Shown one piece after another: positions 30,438-38,619 of a DNA stretch of 64,000 nt; the first letter of the stretch is position 1; each line of letters starts with the position of its first letter. The stretch is from Alphaproteobacteria bacterium (GTDB lineage: Bacteria > Pseudomonadota > Alphaproteobacteria > JAPOUT01 > G958296285). The DNA lies in the NCBI GenBank assembly GCA_965212075.1, contig OZ243043.1, positions 158,797-222,796 on the forward strand, read 5' to 3'. Position numbers and translations under genes: made by a program. The notes under the pieces were generated by a model. It saw only the letters and a list, made by a program, of their open reading frames with translations, did no database searches and was not told where the DNA came from.

Positions 30438-33127
30438 GGATCGGTTTTGAGCGACGGCTCTAGCGCGACATTTTGGTGGCGCATCCAAGCCAGCATGGCC
30501 GGCAGGACGACCAGCGCGCAGATCATCATAAAGATCATAGCGATGGTCAAAGTGATTCCCATAGAGCGCATGCCGCTATGGGTTGCGATGGACAGAGCGC
30601 CGAAAGTGACGAGGGTGGTCGTGTTGCTCAAGAACACGGCGATCGGCGTGGAGGAGTGCATCACTTCGCGGACATTTTTTTCGGTGCGCGCGCGCGAGAG
30701 GATATGGATTCCGTTGGCGACGCCCAGCCCCAAGAGGAGCGGCAGCAGCAGCACATTGACAAAGTTGAATGAGATGTCCAGCCACACGCAGGCCGCTAGA
30801 GTATAGGTGCCCGCGAGCGCAATCGGCGCGAGCACGAGCGCGGTATTTTTGACTGAGCGCAGGCTCAAGAGCAAAATTATCGTGATGGCGATGGTCGCGA
30901 GCACCAACGCGGTGCGAAAAGCACTGACAGTGAGTTCGCCGACGGCATATTCTACGAGCGGCCTGCCGCCGACATCATCTTCGGCTTTGGTGATTTCTTG
31001 GACGAAGCGGGCGAGGGCATCGGGGTCGGACATATCTTCGGTGGGATAGATGTTGAGCTTGATGCGGCCATCTTTGGTTTCGGATTGCTCGCGGACATTG
31101 GCGGGCAGCTCGTTAAAGGTGAAGGGCTCGGCATCGAGCGAGCGCTCAAGCCGCGTCAGCCTTTCGGCGAAGTCTCCGGTGAGGAGTTTGTTGAGGTCGC
31201 CGATTTTGGCGAGCGCGCCGGGGGTGCGCAAAAGCGCGGCGAGGGCTGCGCCCAGCCTTTGCTGTTCGGGGGGCAGCGCGCCCTCTTGTTTTTTCTTAAC
31301 GCTGAGCGCGCGCAGCAAGTCTTTCGCCGATAGCTCAAAGTCCATCTTTGTGGGGCGGGGCTCAGGCGTGGCGGCAAAAGCGGGCGCCATAAAGAACGCC
31401 GCTTCCGACAGGATTTCCGTTTTGTCATCTTGCTCTTCGGGGACGAAGACTTGATGGGTTTCCACTTTGCGCACGAGCGGCAGCTGGGTGAGTTTTTCGG
31501 CCTGTGCGATCGCGGTGCGGCGGTCGGGGGTCAGCATGGTCGCGATATAGCTGGTGAAAAAGCCGCGCGCCTGCAGCTCTTTGAGGCTGGTGACCGATTC
31601 GGCCTGCTGATCTTTGATAACCAAAGCCGAATGGTCAAAACCCATCTGCACAGCGAGCGGTGCCGCCGCAAAGGCCAGCACAAAGGCTGATAGGGTGATG
31701 ATGCGGAAACGCCTGCGAATCCACGCATAAAGCCTGATGGAAAAACGTCCGATGAAGTTCGGCTCATCTCCCTGCTCCCTAGGCGCGAAATCGTCGGCGG
31801 GCAGATAGTTCAGCAAAGCGGGCAGGACGGTGAAGCTGGCCAGCAAAGCGAGCAGCATGCTGCCGCCGGCAATGATGCCCAAATCTCTGAGCGCGAAATA
31901 ATTGGTTGGCGCAAAAGACAAAAAGCCGATCGCGGTTGCGAGGCCGCATAGAGAAATCGCGCCGCCCGCGCTATGGATTGTGATGCGCATCGCCTCGATC
32001 GGGTCGCGGCCATTCGTTTTGTGCAGCTCTTCGCGATAGCGCAGAGCGACATGGATCGAAAAATCAATGCTGATCCCCAAAAACAAAACCGCAAAGGCTG
32101 TCGTGATCATGTTGAGCTCGCCGACCGATATGAGCACCCAGCCAAAAGACCAGCTAATGCCGACAAACAAAGCGGACATAATCATCGCGATGATGCGCCA
32201 TGAGCGCACACCCAGCCCCAAAACAAAAATGATCGCCAAGACCGAAATCACACCGGCAGTTTCAACATTAAACAAGACGCTGGACAATTCATCCAATGTG
32301 AGCGGCTCGCGGCCTGTCAGGCGGATTCGCACGCCGTCTTCCTGCAGGCGCAGATCGGCGACGATCTGCCGGAGCCCGTCAATCCCCTTTTTCCCCGATA
32401 AGAATCGGGAATAATCCAAATGAGGCTGAACGATGATCACTTGCAGCGCTTCGGGATATTCTTCGCTTGTTTGGCCGATCCAGTCGGGGAAGGCGTCCTG
32501 CCAGATGTCGCCGGGCGGGCGTCCGGCGGTGAATTCTTCCACCGCGCTGGCGATGCGTTCAATGATGCTCTCAAAACTTTCCGGCAGCTCTTGATCATTG
32601 TCTGTTTCTTCCTTGAGGCCGGTTTCCAATAATGAAAACAGGCCGCGCAAATTGGGATCGCCCGCAAGCTCGGCGATGGCGGGCTGCGCGGTCGCGAGGC
32701 TGTCAACAAATTCAGCGAGGTCATCGCTGTCAAGATAAAGCAGGCCGTTTTTCTGAAAAAAATCTTCGCTCTGCGGATGAAACACATGGTTGAACAGATC
32801 AGACCTTTTGCGCAAAACATTGGCGAGGCGATCCGCGCCTTGGCTGACTTTCCACGGATCTTCGCCGCTGACCAGCACCAAGATCATATGCACTTGCTGC
32901 GGAAAGGCTTTTGAGAACATATCCTCGCGCTGGAGGAATTCGTTTTCTCGTGAAACGAGGTTTTCCTGATCCGAATTGATTGGCAGGTTAAAAGCGGCAT
33001 ATCCCAGACAGATAAACGCGCTGATCATGCTCGCGCCGATCGTCAGCAGAGGCCGCCGCATAGAGGCAGCAACGAGGCGCGACAGATGGAAGATATAGAA
33101 ATCTTGTATTTTGTTGATAAACGTCAT
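30434..33127 (-). CDS. MMPL/RND-superfamily exporter (HpnN-like architecture)
   Basis: 897 aa with two blocks of about 6 TM helices separated by large soluble loops, as in RND/MMPL proteins. It overlaps the TBDR stop by 4 nt (convergent). Confidence 0.8.
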   Translation of the reverse strand: MTFINKIQDFYIFHLSRLVAASMRRPLLTIGASMISAFICLGYAAFNLPINSDQENLVSRENEFLQREDMFSKAFPQQVHMILVLVSGEDPWKVSQGADRLANVLRKRSDLFNHVFHPQSEDFFQKNGLLYLDSDDLAEFVDSLATAQPAIAELAGDPNLRGLFSLLETGLKEETDNDQELPESFESIIERIASAVEEFTAGRPPGDIWQDAFPDWIGQTSEEYPEALQVIIVQPHLDYSRFLSGKKGIDGLRQIVADLRLQEDGVRIRLTGREPLTLDELSSVLFNVETAGVISVLAIIFVLGLGVRSWRIIAMIMSALFVGISWSFGWVLISVGELNMITTAFAVLFLGISIDFSIHVALRYREELHKTNGRDPIEAMRITIHSAGGAISLCGLATAIGFLSFAPTNYFALRDLGIIAGGSMLLALLASFTVLPALLNYLPADDFAPREQGDEPNFIGRFSIRLYAWIRRRFRIITLSAFVLAFAAAPLAVQMGFDHSALVIKDQQAESVTSLKELQARGFFTSYIATMLTPDRRTAIAQAEKLTQLPLVRKVETHQVFVPEEQDDKTEILSEAAFFMAPAFAATPEPRPTKMDFELSAKDLLRALSVKKKQEGALPPEQQRLGAALAALLRTPGALAKIGDLNKLLTGDFAERLTRLERSLDAEPFTFNELPANVREQSETKDGRIKLNIYPTEDMSDPDALARFVQEITKAEDDVGGRPLVEYAVGELTVSAFRTALVLATIAITIILLLSLRSVKNTALVLAPIALAGTYTLAACVWLDISFNFVNVLLLPLLLGLGVANGIHILSRARTEKNVREVMHSSTPIAVFLSNTTTLVTFGALSIATHSGMRSMGITLTIAMIFMMICALVVLPAMLAWMRHQNVALEPSLKTDP

Positions 33128-33173
33128 AGTCTCTTTCTATATATACATAAATTTTTCAATAGGGAAATTGTTC

Positions 33174-33770
33174 ATGAGGTTTTTTTCTTTTTTGGCGCTA
33201 TTTTTTTTGACGGCATTTTTGGCATTTCCAGCACAGGCCGCCGAGACTCCGCGCGACGCGGTGCTGGCGCTTAATGAGGGCATTCTCGATGATGATCCGC
33301 AAGTTTTGATGCGCTCAATTGAGCAGAATTTTGATCTCAAGCGCGTTGCGGTGTCAAGCGTTGGCATTCGGCGCTGGCGGGAGTGGTCGCGCGATGAGCA
33401 GGCGACTTATCGCAAAACCTTCATTGATTATGTTCTCGCACTTTATCTCAATCGCTTTCGTGATTATGAGGGCAGCGGGCTGAACATTTATAAAGTGGAG
33501 CAGAAAAAAAATCACGCGCGCGTGAGAGCGCGAATCAAGCCGCGCGTAGATGAAAAAACGCTTGCCAGCACAGATCCGGTTAAAATTGACTTTGTGCTGC
33601 TGAAACAGAAGAAGGGGAATTGGCAGATCATTGATGTTTATTTCAAGGGCACGATCAGCGAAGTGGCGGGCTTTCGGGCGCAATTTTCTCAATTGGCGAG
33701 AGATGAAGGCTGGGCAGGGCTGATTCGCGAAATGAAAGCGCGGAAAAAAGATCTGAATAAAAAGAAATAG
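33174..33770 (+). CDS. MlaC/Ttg2D-family lipid-binding periplasmic protein
   Basis: The start is ATG 33174, giving the signal peptide MRFFSFLALFFLTAFLAFPAQA. The mature part fits the Ttg2D pattern (FDLKRVAVSSVG..W......Y...F..Y....Y...F......WQIIDVYFKGTISEVAGFRAQF). Confidence 0.75.
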   Translation: MRFFSFLALFFLTAFLAFPAQAAETPRDAVLALNEGILDDDPQVLMRSIEQNFDLKRVAVSSVGIRRWREWSRDEQATYRKTFIDYVLALYLNRFRDYEGSGLNIYKVEQKKNHARVRARIKPRVDEKTLASTDPVKIDFVLLKQKKGNWQIIDVYFKGTISEVAGFRAQFSQLARDEGWAGLIREMKARKKDLNKKK

Positions 33771-33775
33771 AACGT

Positions 33776-34639
33776 CTATACGCCGTCGTCTTGTGTGTCG
33801 TGCGCGTCCCCAAGCGCGTCCCCAAGCGCGCTACCAAGCGCGCTACCAAGCGCGCTACCAAGCGCACCATGGGCAAGAAAAGGCGGATTGGCACAATTAT
33901 CTAAATGAGTCGGCGGCACGCGGCCATAAGATAATTCGCCCTGATCGGTTTGCAAATTGCCGCCCGCCGCAGCGAGCACAGCATGTCCGGCGGCGATGTC
34001 CCAGATCATCGTGCGGCCTTCGCGCGGATAGAGGTCGGCTTCGCCTGCGGCGATCAGGCAAAATTTTATTGACGAACCCATCAAGATGATCCGGCTGGCC
34101 TGATATTTTTCGCGTAATTCTTGTTCACCGGCATCTTTGTGTGAGCGGCTTGCGATCACCACTGGATTTTTGGGCACATTGCGCGCGTGAATTTTTTCTG
34201 CTGCGCCGCCATAGCGTGATTCAAACGCGTGCTCCTGATTGGCGAAAAAGAGCCGTCCCAAAGCTGGCGCATAGACAACACCCAAAATCGGCTGGTGATT
34301 TTCTATCAAAGCGATGTTGACGGTGAATTCGCCATTTTTTGCAACGAACTCTCTTGTGCCATCAAGCGGATCAACGAGGAAGAATCTTTTGCCAGTTTTC
34401 GGGAAATGTCCGATGCTGGCTTTTTCTTCGGAAATGGCGGGGATATTGGCCGCGACCCTTCCCAGCGCTTTGAGGATCAGACGTTCGGCCTCGCGGTCGG
34501 CGGCGGTGACGAGGCTCCTATCCTCTTTGAACTCTGGCTTGGCGGGCTCGTCATAATGGCGCATGATGAGCGCGCCGGCGTCAAGTGCGATCTGGCAGAT
34601 ATTTTGAACAAGGTTTTGTTTATTTTTGGAGATGCTCAT
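33776..34639 (-). CDS. cysQ: 3'(2'),5'-bisphosphate nucleotidase / inositol monophosphatase family
   Basis: 287 aa with the metal motifs EDRSLVTAADREAE, FLVDPLDGTREF and WDIAAGHAV. The C-terminal tail GALGSALGSALGSALGDALGDA is encoded by 12-bp repeats. Confidence 0.8.
   Translation of the reverse strand: MSISKNKQNLVQNICQIALDAGALIMRHYDEPAKPEFKEDRSLVTAADREAERLILKALGRVAANIPAISEEKASIGHFPKTGKRFFLVDPLDGTREFVAKNGEFTVNIALIENHQPILGVVYAPALGRLFFANQEHAFESRYGGAAEKIHARNVPKNPVVIASRSHKDAGEQELREKYQASRIILMGSSIKFCLIAAGEADLYPREGRTMIWDIAAGHAVLAAAGGNLQTDQGELSYGRVPPTHLDNCANPPFLAHGALGSALGSALGSALGDALGDAHDTQDDGV
33802..33869. repeat. 12-bp tandem repeat, 5 full units plus a partial sixth (8 nt) (GCGCGTCCCCAA / GCGCGCTACCAA), inside the cysQ 3' end
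   Basis: Read directly. The units are in frame and encode (G-[SD]-A-L)n on the minus strand. Confidence 0.9.
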
Positions 34640-35270
34640 GAACCAGCGCGACCTATTTGATTATTTGAGCCTGTGTGTGCGGTGGATTGCGCATGATATG
34701 GCCAATCCGCTGTCGGCGGTGCGCGCGGGTCTTGATATGGGCGAAGAGGAAGGCGGCGTGATGAGGGAGTTTGTGCAGCACGGCGCGGATCAATTGACGG
34801 CGCTGACGCGCTGTCTGAGGCTGATCGCCGCGCCCGCGCAGGATGAGGCGCAGCAGGTCCAAGCACCAGAGGATTGGTTCAAGCCGCTTGAGATGTTTGC
34901 GCAGGGGCGTGATATCCAGTTGAGCATTCATTTAAAGTCTTTGCCTTTTTTGTCTTTGGCCTATGCGGGTTTTTTGGCGGCGCTCACGCTGCCGGTGATT
35001 GGTGCGGTCATGACAGGCGGTCGCATCAAGATCAGCCGCGATGATAAAGGCAGATTCCATCTTGAGGCCACGAACCTGTCGGATAAGAGCGTTCAACATA
35101 TAAAAGAAATGCTCACGCGGCAATTAGAATCTACCGTAGAATCTACCGCTGATCCCGCCGATATGCCCTTTTATATTGCGCGTCTGGCATGTCAAAAACT
35201 CGGCGCACAAATTGACATCAACACATCTGGTCAGAAGCTGGATCTTCGGATTGAGCCCCCTGTGGCATAA
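34632..35270 (+). CDS. chpT: ChpT-like histidine phosphotransferase
   Basis: About 212 aa. The DHp-like His region LCVRWIAHDMANPLSAVRAGLDM resembles the ChpT signature (HDxxxPxxAxxxGLDL). It lies next to ctrA. The start could be ATG 34632 or 34638; the track start TTG 34626 overlaps the divergent cysQ start. Confidence 0.55.
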   Translation: MLMNQRDLFDYLSLCVRWIAHDMANPLSAVRAGLDMGEEEGGVMREFVQHGADQLTALTRCLRLIAAPAQDEAQQVQAPEDWFKPLEMFAQGRDIQLSIHLKSLPFLSLAYAGFLAALTLPVIGAVMTGGRIKISRDDKGRFHLEATNLSDKSVQHIKEMLTRQLESTVESTADPADMPFYIARLACQKLGAQIDINTSGQKLDLRIEPPVA

Positions 35271-35281
35271 AGTGGTATAGA

Positions 35282-36022
35282 TCAGCTAGCGATGGCGCGT
35301 TTAGGCTGGGGTTGTTGTTCTGCAGGCAGCGCGGCGTCATTGGCTTCGGGCGGATCACGTAATACGTAGCCGCGCCCCCAGATCGTTTCAATGCAATGCT
35401 GTCCGCCGGTCACTTTGGCGAGCTTTTTGCGCAATTTGCAGATGAACACATCAATGATTTTCACCTCCGGCTCGTCCATGCCGCCATAAAGATGGTCAAG
35501 AAACATTTCCTTTGTGAGCGTCATGCCTTTGCGCAGGCAGAGCAGTTCAAGAATTTGATATTCCTTGCTGGTCAGATGGATCGGCACACCATTGGATTCA
35601 ACCGTTTTGCCTTCAAGATTGACCGAGATTCCGCCGGTAACAATGACCGGCTGGCTAAAGCCGCGCGCGCGCCTGATCACCGCGCGCAAACGCGCGATCA
35701 GCTCGGTGCGGTTAAACGGCTTGGTGAGATAATCATCAGCGCCGGTGATGAGACCGCGCACTTTATCGGTGACATCGTCTCTGCCAGAGAGGATCAGCAA
35801 AGGTATTTGAATGCCGATTCGCCGCAATCGCCGCAGCACGTCATGGCCGTCCACATCGGGCAGTTTGAGGTCAAGGATAATAATGTCGTAATCGTAGAGC
35901 TTGCCGAGCTCAAAGCCATCTTCGCCCGTTTGTGCCGTATTGGTTGTCCAGCCTTCATCGGTCAGTAAGCGATCAATGCTGCGTAAAGTGACGGGGTCGT
36001 CTTCAATGATTAATGCGCGCAT
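35282..36022 (-). CDS. ctrA: cell-cycle response regulator CtrA (OmpR family)
   Basis: From the internal Met the protein reads [25 protein letters not shown]...[25 protein letters not shown]...[49 protein letters not shown]. This aligns nearly residue for residue with Caulobacter CtrA as I recall it. The ORF-track start at 36100 adds an unlikely 26-aa leader. Confidence 0.85.
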   Translation of the reverse strand: MRALIIEDDPVTLRSIDRLLTDEGWTTNTAQTGEDGFELGKLYDYDIIILDLKLPDVDGHDVLRRLRRIGIQIPLLILSGRDDVTDKVRGLITGADDYLTKPFNRTELIARLRAVIRRARGFSQPVIVTGGISVNLEGKTVESNGVPIHLTSKEYQILELLCLRKGMTLTKEMFLDHLYGGMDEPEVKIIDVFICKLRKKLAKVTGGQHCIETIWGRGYVLRDPPEANDAALPAEQQPQPKRAIAS

Positions 36023-36110
36023 GAGGCCATCCGGTTTTTGATATTCAAACGAATCAGATTCAGATTCATTAATTTGACGCGATGTTGGCGGGCAGGTCAA
36101 TCAGAAACTT

Positions 36111-36118
36111 TTAACCAT
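36111..36118. promoter_or_regulatory. candidate CtrA half-site TTAACCAT upstream of ctrA
   Basis: An exact TTAACCAT 8-mer lies 89-96 nt upstream of the ctrA ATG (36022). It matches the CtrA half-site motif described in Caulobacter. Function here is untested. Confidence 0.3.
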
Positions 36119-36193
36119 AAGGATTTTTTTGGAAAGATTTTTTCCGAATCATTAGCGGGCGTTAATAATGATTAACAGGAAGCACAAAAAAAT

Positions 36194-36433
36194 TCAGCGA
36201 TAGAGTTTCAATCTTGTGGTGCGCAGGCCATCAAGGCCGTGTTGATTCACGAGTCGCTGCCATGAGGCGAATTCTTCCTGTGTCAAGCGATAGCGGCGGC
36301 AGGCTTCTTCGAGGTCTAGCGCGCCGTCTTTGACGGCTTGCACGACCTGCGCTTTGCGCCGCGCGATCCAGCGCGTGGTATTTTCGGGCGGCAGGTCGGC
36401 AGACACTGGGGTCTCTGGTTTATCTAGGCTCAT
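36194..36433 (-). CDS. sciP: DUF1153 protein, SciP-like CtrA-associated small transcription factor
   Basis: 79 aa reading TRWIARRKAQVVQAVKDGALDLEEACRRYRLTQEEFASWQRLVNQHGLDGLRTT, a DUF1153/SciP-type HTH pattern. It sits immediately upstream of ctrA on the same strand. Confidence 0.65.
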   Translation of the reverse strand: MSLDKPETPVSADLPPENTTRWIARRKAQVVQAVKDGALDLEEACRRYRLTQEEFASWQRLVNQHGLDGLRTTRLKLYR

Positions 36434-36488
36434 ATTGGCTCTTTGGCTCTCTTTTGGCGAAACTGCAGGCTAAAATAAGACGATCTGA

Positions 36489-36503
36489 TTAAGGATAACT
36501 AAA
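36489..36503. promoter_or_regulatory. near-consensus CtrA box TTAA-N7-TAAA upstream of the sciP-like gene
   Basis: ttaaggataactaaa lies 56-70 nt upstream of the sciP start (36433). It has one mismatch to TTAA-N7-TTAA. Confidence 0.25.
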
Positions 36504-36570
36504 TGGCATAATTAATTTTTTAAGTTAATTTTTTGATTAATTTTGTGCGATTTCGGCTTTATGATGCGGT

Positions 36571-37833
36571 ATGACGAGATTTACAGAAATTGAGGCGTCT
36601 CTAGAGGCTTTGCGCGGCAAGACAATTGCGGTAGCGATGTCGGGTGGTGTTGATTCGTCTTTGGTGGCGGCTTTGTTGAAATCGCGCGGCCTGAAGGTGA
36701 TCGGCTTGACGTTGCAATTATATAATCACGCCGCCGCCGCCGGACGCGCGCAAAGCTGCTGTGCTGGCCGCGACATACATGATGCGCGCCGGGTTGCGGC
36801 TCATCTTGATATTCCGCATTATGTTTTGGATTATCAAAAGGATTTTCACGAATCTGTGATTGAGGATTTTGTTGAATCTTATGCGCATGGCCAAACGCCG
36901 GTTCCCTGCACGCGATGTAATGAGCGGGTGAAGTTTAGTCGGCTTCTTGATTTTGCGCGCGAGATTGGCGCGCAAGCTTTGGCGACCGGCCATTATATTC
37001 GCCGTGAGGAAACAGAGCAGGGTGCCGCTCTTTATCGCGCGCGCGATCTTGAGCGCGACCAGAGCTATTTTCTTTTCACGATGACCGCTGCGCAATTGGC
37101 GTTCAGCCATTTTCCGCTAGGCGGTCTGCGCAAAGATGAAGTGCGCGCGCTTGCGCAGCAATTTGCTTTGTCTGTGGCGGCGAAGCCGGATAGCCAAGAT
37201 ATTTGCTTTGTGCCGTCCGGAAATTATAAAAATATCGTGCGGCGTCTGCGGCCTGAGGTGCAGCGCGCGGGCGACATTGTTCATATTAACGGCGCACATC
37301 TTGGCCGGCATGACGGGCTTTATCAATTCACCATTGGGCAGCGGCGGGGGCTGGGCGTGTTTGCCACGGGGTCGTCTGCGGAGCCGCTTTATGTAATCGG
37401 GCTTGATGTTGCGCGCGCGCTTCTGATCGTCGGCGCGCGGGAAGAGGGCGCGGTGCGCCGCCTCTGGCTGCGTGATGTTAACTGGCTCGGTGATGTTGAG
37501 GCCAATGGCGCCGATCTATTCGTCAAGCTGCGCTCATCCCAAGCGCCGATTGCCGCCAGACTTGAAATAAAGGGGTCAAATGTTGAAGTCGCGCTTCAAG
37601 AGGCTGAAAATGGCATTGCTGCCGGTCAGGCTTGCGTTTTTTATAAATCTTGTGATAATAAGCATAGAATGGTCGCAGGAGGCTGGATAGAGGAAACCGA
37701 TGTGAGCCGCTCTATGCAAAAGCTGGCCACTTTGCAGCAAGCAGATCAGAGAACAGATAGGGAGAATAAAAGTGAGTCTAATAAAAGTGAGTCTAATAAA
37801 GGTGAGTCTAATAAAGTGAGTTTAGAATTGTGA
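36571..37833 (+). CDS. mnmA: tRNA 2-thiouridine(34) synthase
   Basis: 420 aa with the PP-loop VAMSGGVDSSLVAALL, the catalytic region PCTRCNERVKF, and DQSYFLF. The C-terminal tail ENKSESNKSESNKGESNKVSLEL comes from 15-bp repeats. Confidence 0.9.
   Translation: MTRFTEIEASLEALRGKTIAVAMSGGVDSSLVAALLKSRGLKVIGLTLQLYNHAAAAGRAQSCCAGRDIHDARRVAAHLDIPHYVLDYQKDFHESVIEDFVESYAHGQTPVPCTRCNERVKFSRLLDFAREIGAQALATGHYIRREETEQGAALYRARDLERDQSYFLFTMTAAQLAFSHFPLGGLRKDEVRALAQQFALSVAAKPDSQDICFVPSGNYKNIVRRLRPEVQRAGDIVHINGAHLGRHDGLYQFTIGQRRGLGVFATGSSAEPLYVIGLDVARALLIVGAREEGAVRRLWLRDVNWLGDVEANGADLFVKLRSSQAPIAARLEIKGSNVEVALQEAENGIAAGQACVFYKSCDNKHRMVAGGWIEETDVSRSMQKLATLQQADQRTDRENKSESNKSESNKGESNKVSLEL
37765..37823. repeat. 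15-bp tandem repeat x3 plus a degenerate fourth unit (AATAAAAGTGAGTCT) at the mnmA 3' end
   Basis: Read directly. The units are in frame and encode (NKSES)n. Confidence 0.9.
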
Positions 37834-38468
37834 GTGTCGTTCGTTATCCGATGGATTCTTATGCCGTCTTGCGCGCCTATGATCGCTGGGCGCATGTTTA
37901 TGACATTACCTTTGGGCTGTTCATTCGCCCTTATCATTTGCGGGTCATTCATGAAGTCAATGCGAGCGAGGGCACTGTGCTGGATGTCGGTGTCGGCACG
38001 GGCGCGATGCTGCCTTATTATCAAGACCATCTTGAGATCACCGGCGTAGATCTGTCATCGGCGATGCTGGATCGCGCACACGCGCGCGTGAAAAAGCGCA
38101 GCCTGTCCCATGTCAAGGATTTACTGGTGATGGATGCGACGAAAATGGATTTTCCGGATAATCATTTTAATGTGGTGGTCGCGGCTTTTGTGATGACGGT
38201 CGTGCCGGATCCGAAGCAGGTGCTCACTGAGCTTGCGCGCGTATGCAAGCCCGGCGGTGAAGTGTTTATTTTGAATCATTTTGGCCATAAGAAGGGCCTG
38301 CGCTGGTTTGTTGAGCGCATGATGGCGCCTTTATCGTCTTTGCTGGGCTGGCATCCTGACATGCCGATTGAGGTGGTCACCGAAACGAACGAGCTGGAAT
38401 TGATTTCACGCCGTGAGTTTAAGCCCTTTGGCATTTTTACCATGTTAAGGTTCCGCAAACCGGCGTGA
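37830..38468 (+). CDS. class I SAM-dependent methyltransferase (UbiE/PmtA-like)
   Basis: 212 aa with the SAM motif VLDVGVGTGAMLPYY, DFPDNHFNVVVAAFVM, and KPGGEVFILNH. The GTG start overlaps the mnmA stop. ATG at 37851 is an alternative start. Confidence 0.75.
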   Translation: MSVVRYPMDSYAVLRAYDRWAHVYDITFGLFIRPYHLRVIHEVNASEGTVLDVGVGTGAMLPYYQDHLEITGVDLSSAMLDRAHARVKKRSLSHVKDLLVMDATKMDFPDNHFNVVVAAFVMTVVPDPKQVLTELARVCKPGGEVFILNHFGHKKGLRWFVERMMAPLSSLLGWHPDMPIEVVTETNELELISRREFKPFGIFTMLRFRKPA

Positions 38469-38504
38469 GGCGACGAGTTCCGGTTGCCATTTTCCGGTTA
38501 ATCG

Positions 38505-38581
38505 GGCGGAGTAGCTCAGCTGGTTAGAGCAGCGGAATCATAATCCGCGTGTCGGGGGTTCGAGTCCCTCCTCCGCTACCA
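38505..38581 (+). tRNA. tRNA with CAU anticodon (elongator Met, or Ile2 if lysidine-modified)
   Basis: The 77-nt cloverleaf has an acceptor stem GGCGGAG/CTCCGCT (G1-U72 wobble), a D arm GCTC-AGCTGGTTA-GAGC, an anticodon stem GCGGA/TCCGC with loop ATCATAA, and a T loop TTCGAGT. CCA is encoded. It is not an initiator because positions 1 and 72 are paired. Confidence 0.85.
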
Positions 38582-38618
38582 TTTTATTCGGGCATTTTAT
38601 TCGGGCATTTTATTCAGG
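38580..38618. repeat. 13-bp tandem repeat x3 (CATTTTATTCGGG) starting in the tRNA CCA end
   Basis: cattttattcggg cattttattcggg cattttattcagg. It begins at the last two nt of the tRNA and ends one nt before the stop codon of the downstream minus-strand gene. Confidence 0.9.
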
Positions 38619-38619
38619 C

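Noticed and set aside
35282-36100. 272-aa version of CtrA with the leader [26 protein letters not shown]
   Set aside because: Receiver domains start a few residues before the conserved acidic pair, and MRALIIEDD matches the usual CtrA N-terminus. The upstream 26 codons contain a repeat-like AATCAGATTCAGATTCA tract and are more likely 5' UTR.
36161-36176. Palindrome GTTAATAATGATTAAC upstream of ctrA as a full CtrA box
   Set aside because: The spacing is TTAA-N6-TTAA, not the canonical N7. It may bind another factor, but I do not call it a CtrA site.
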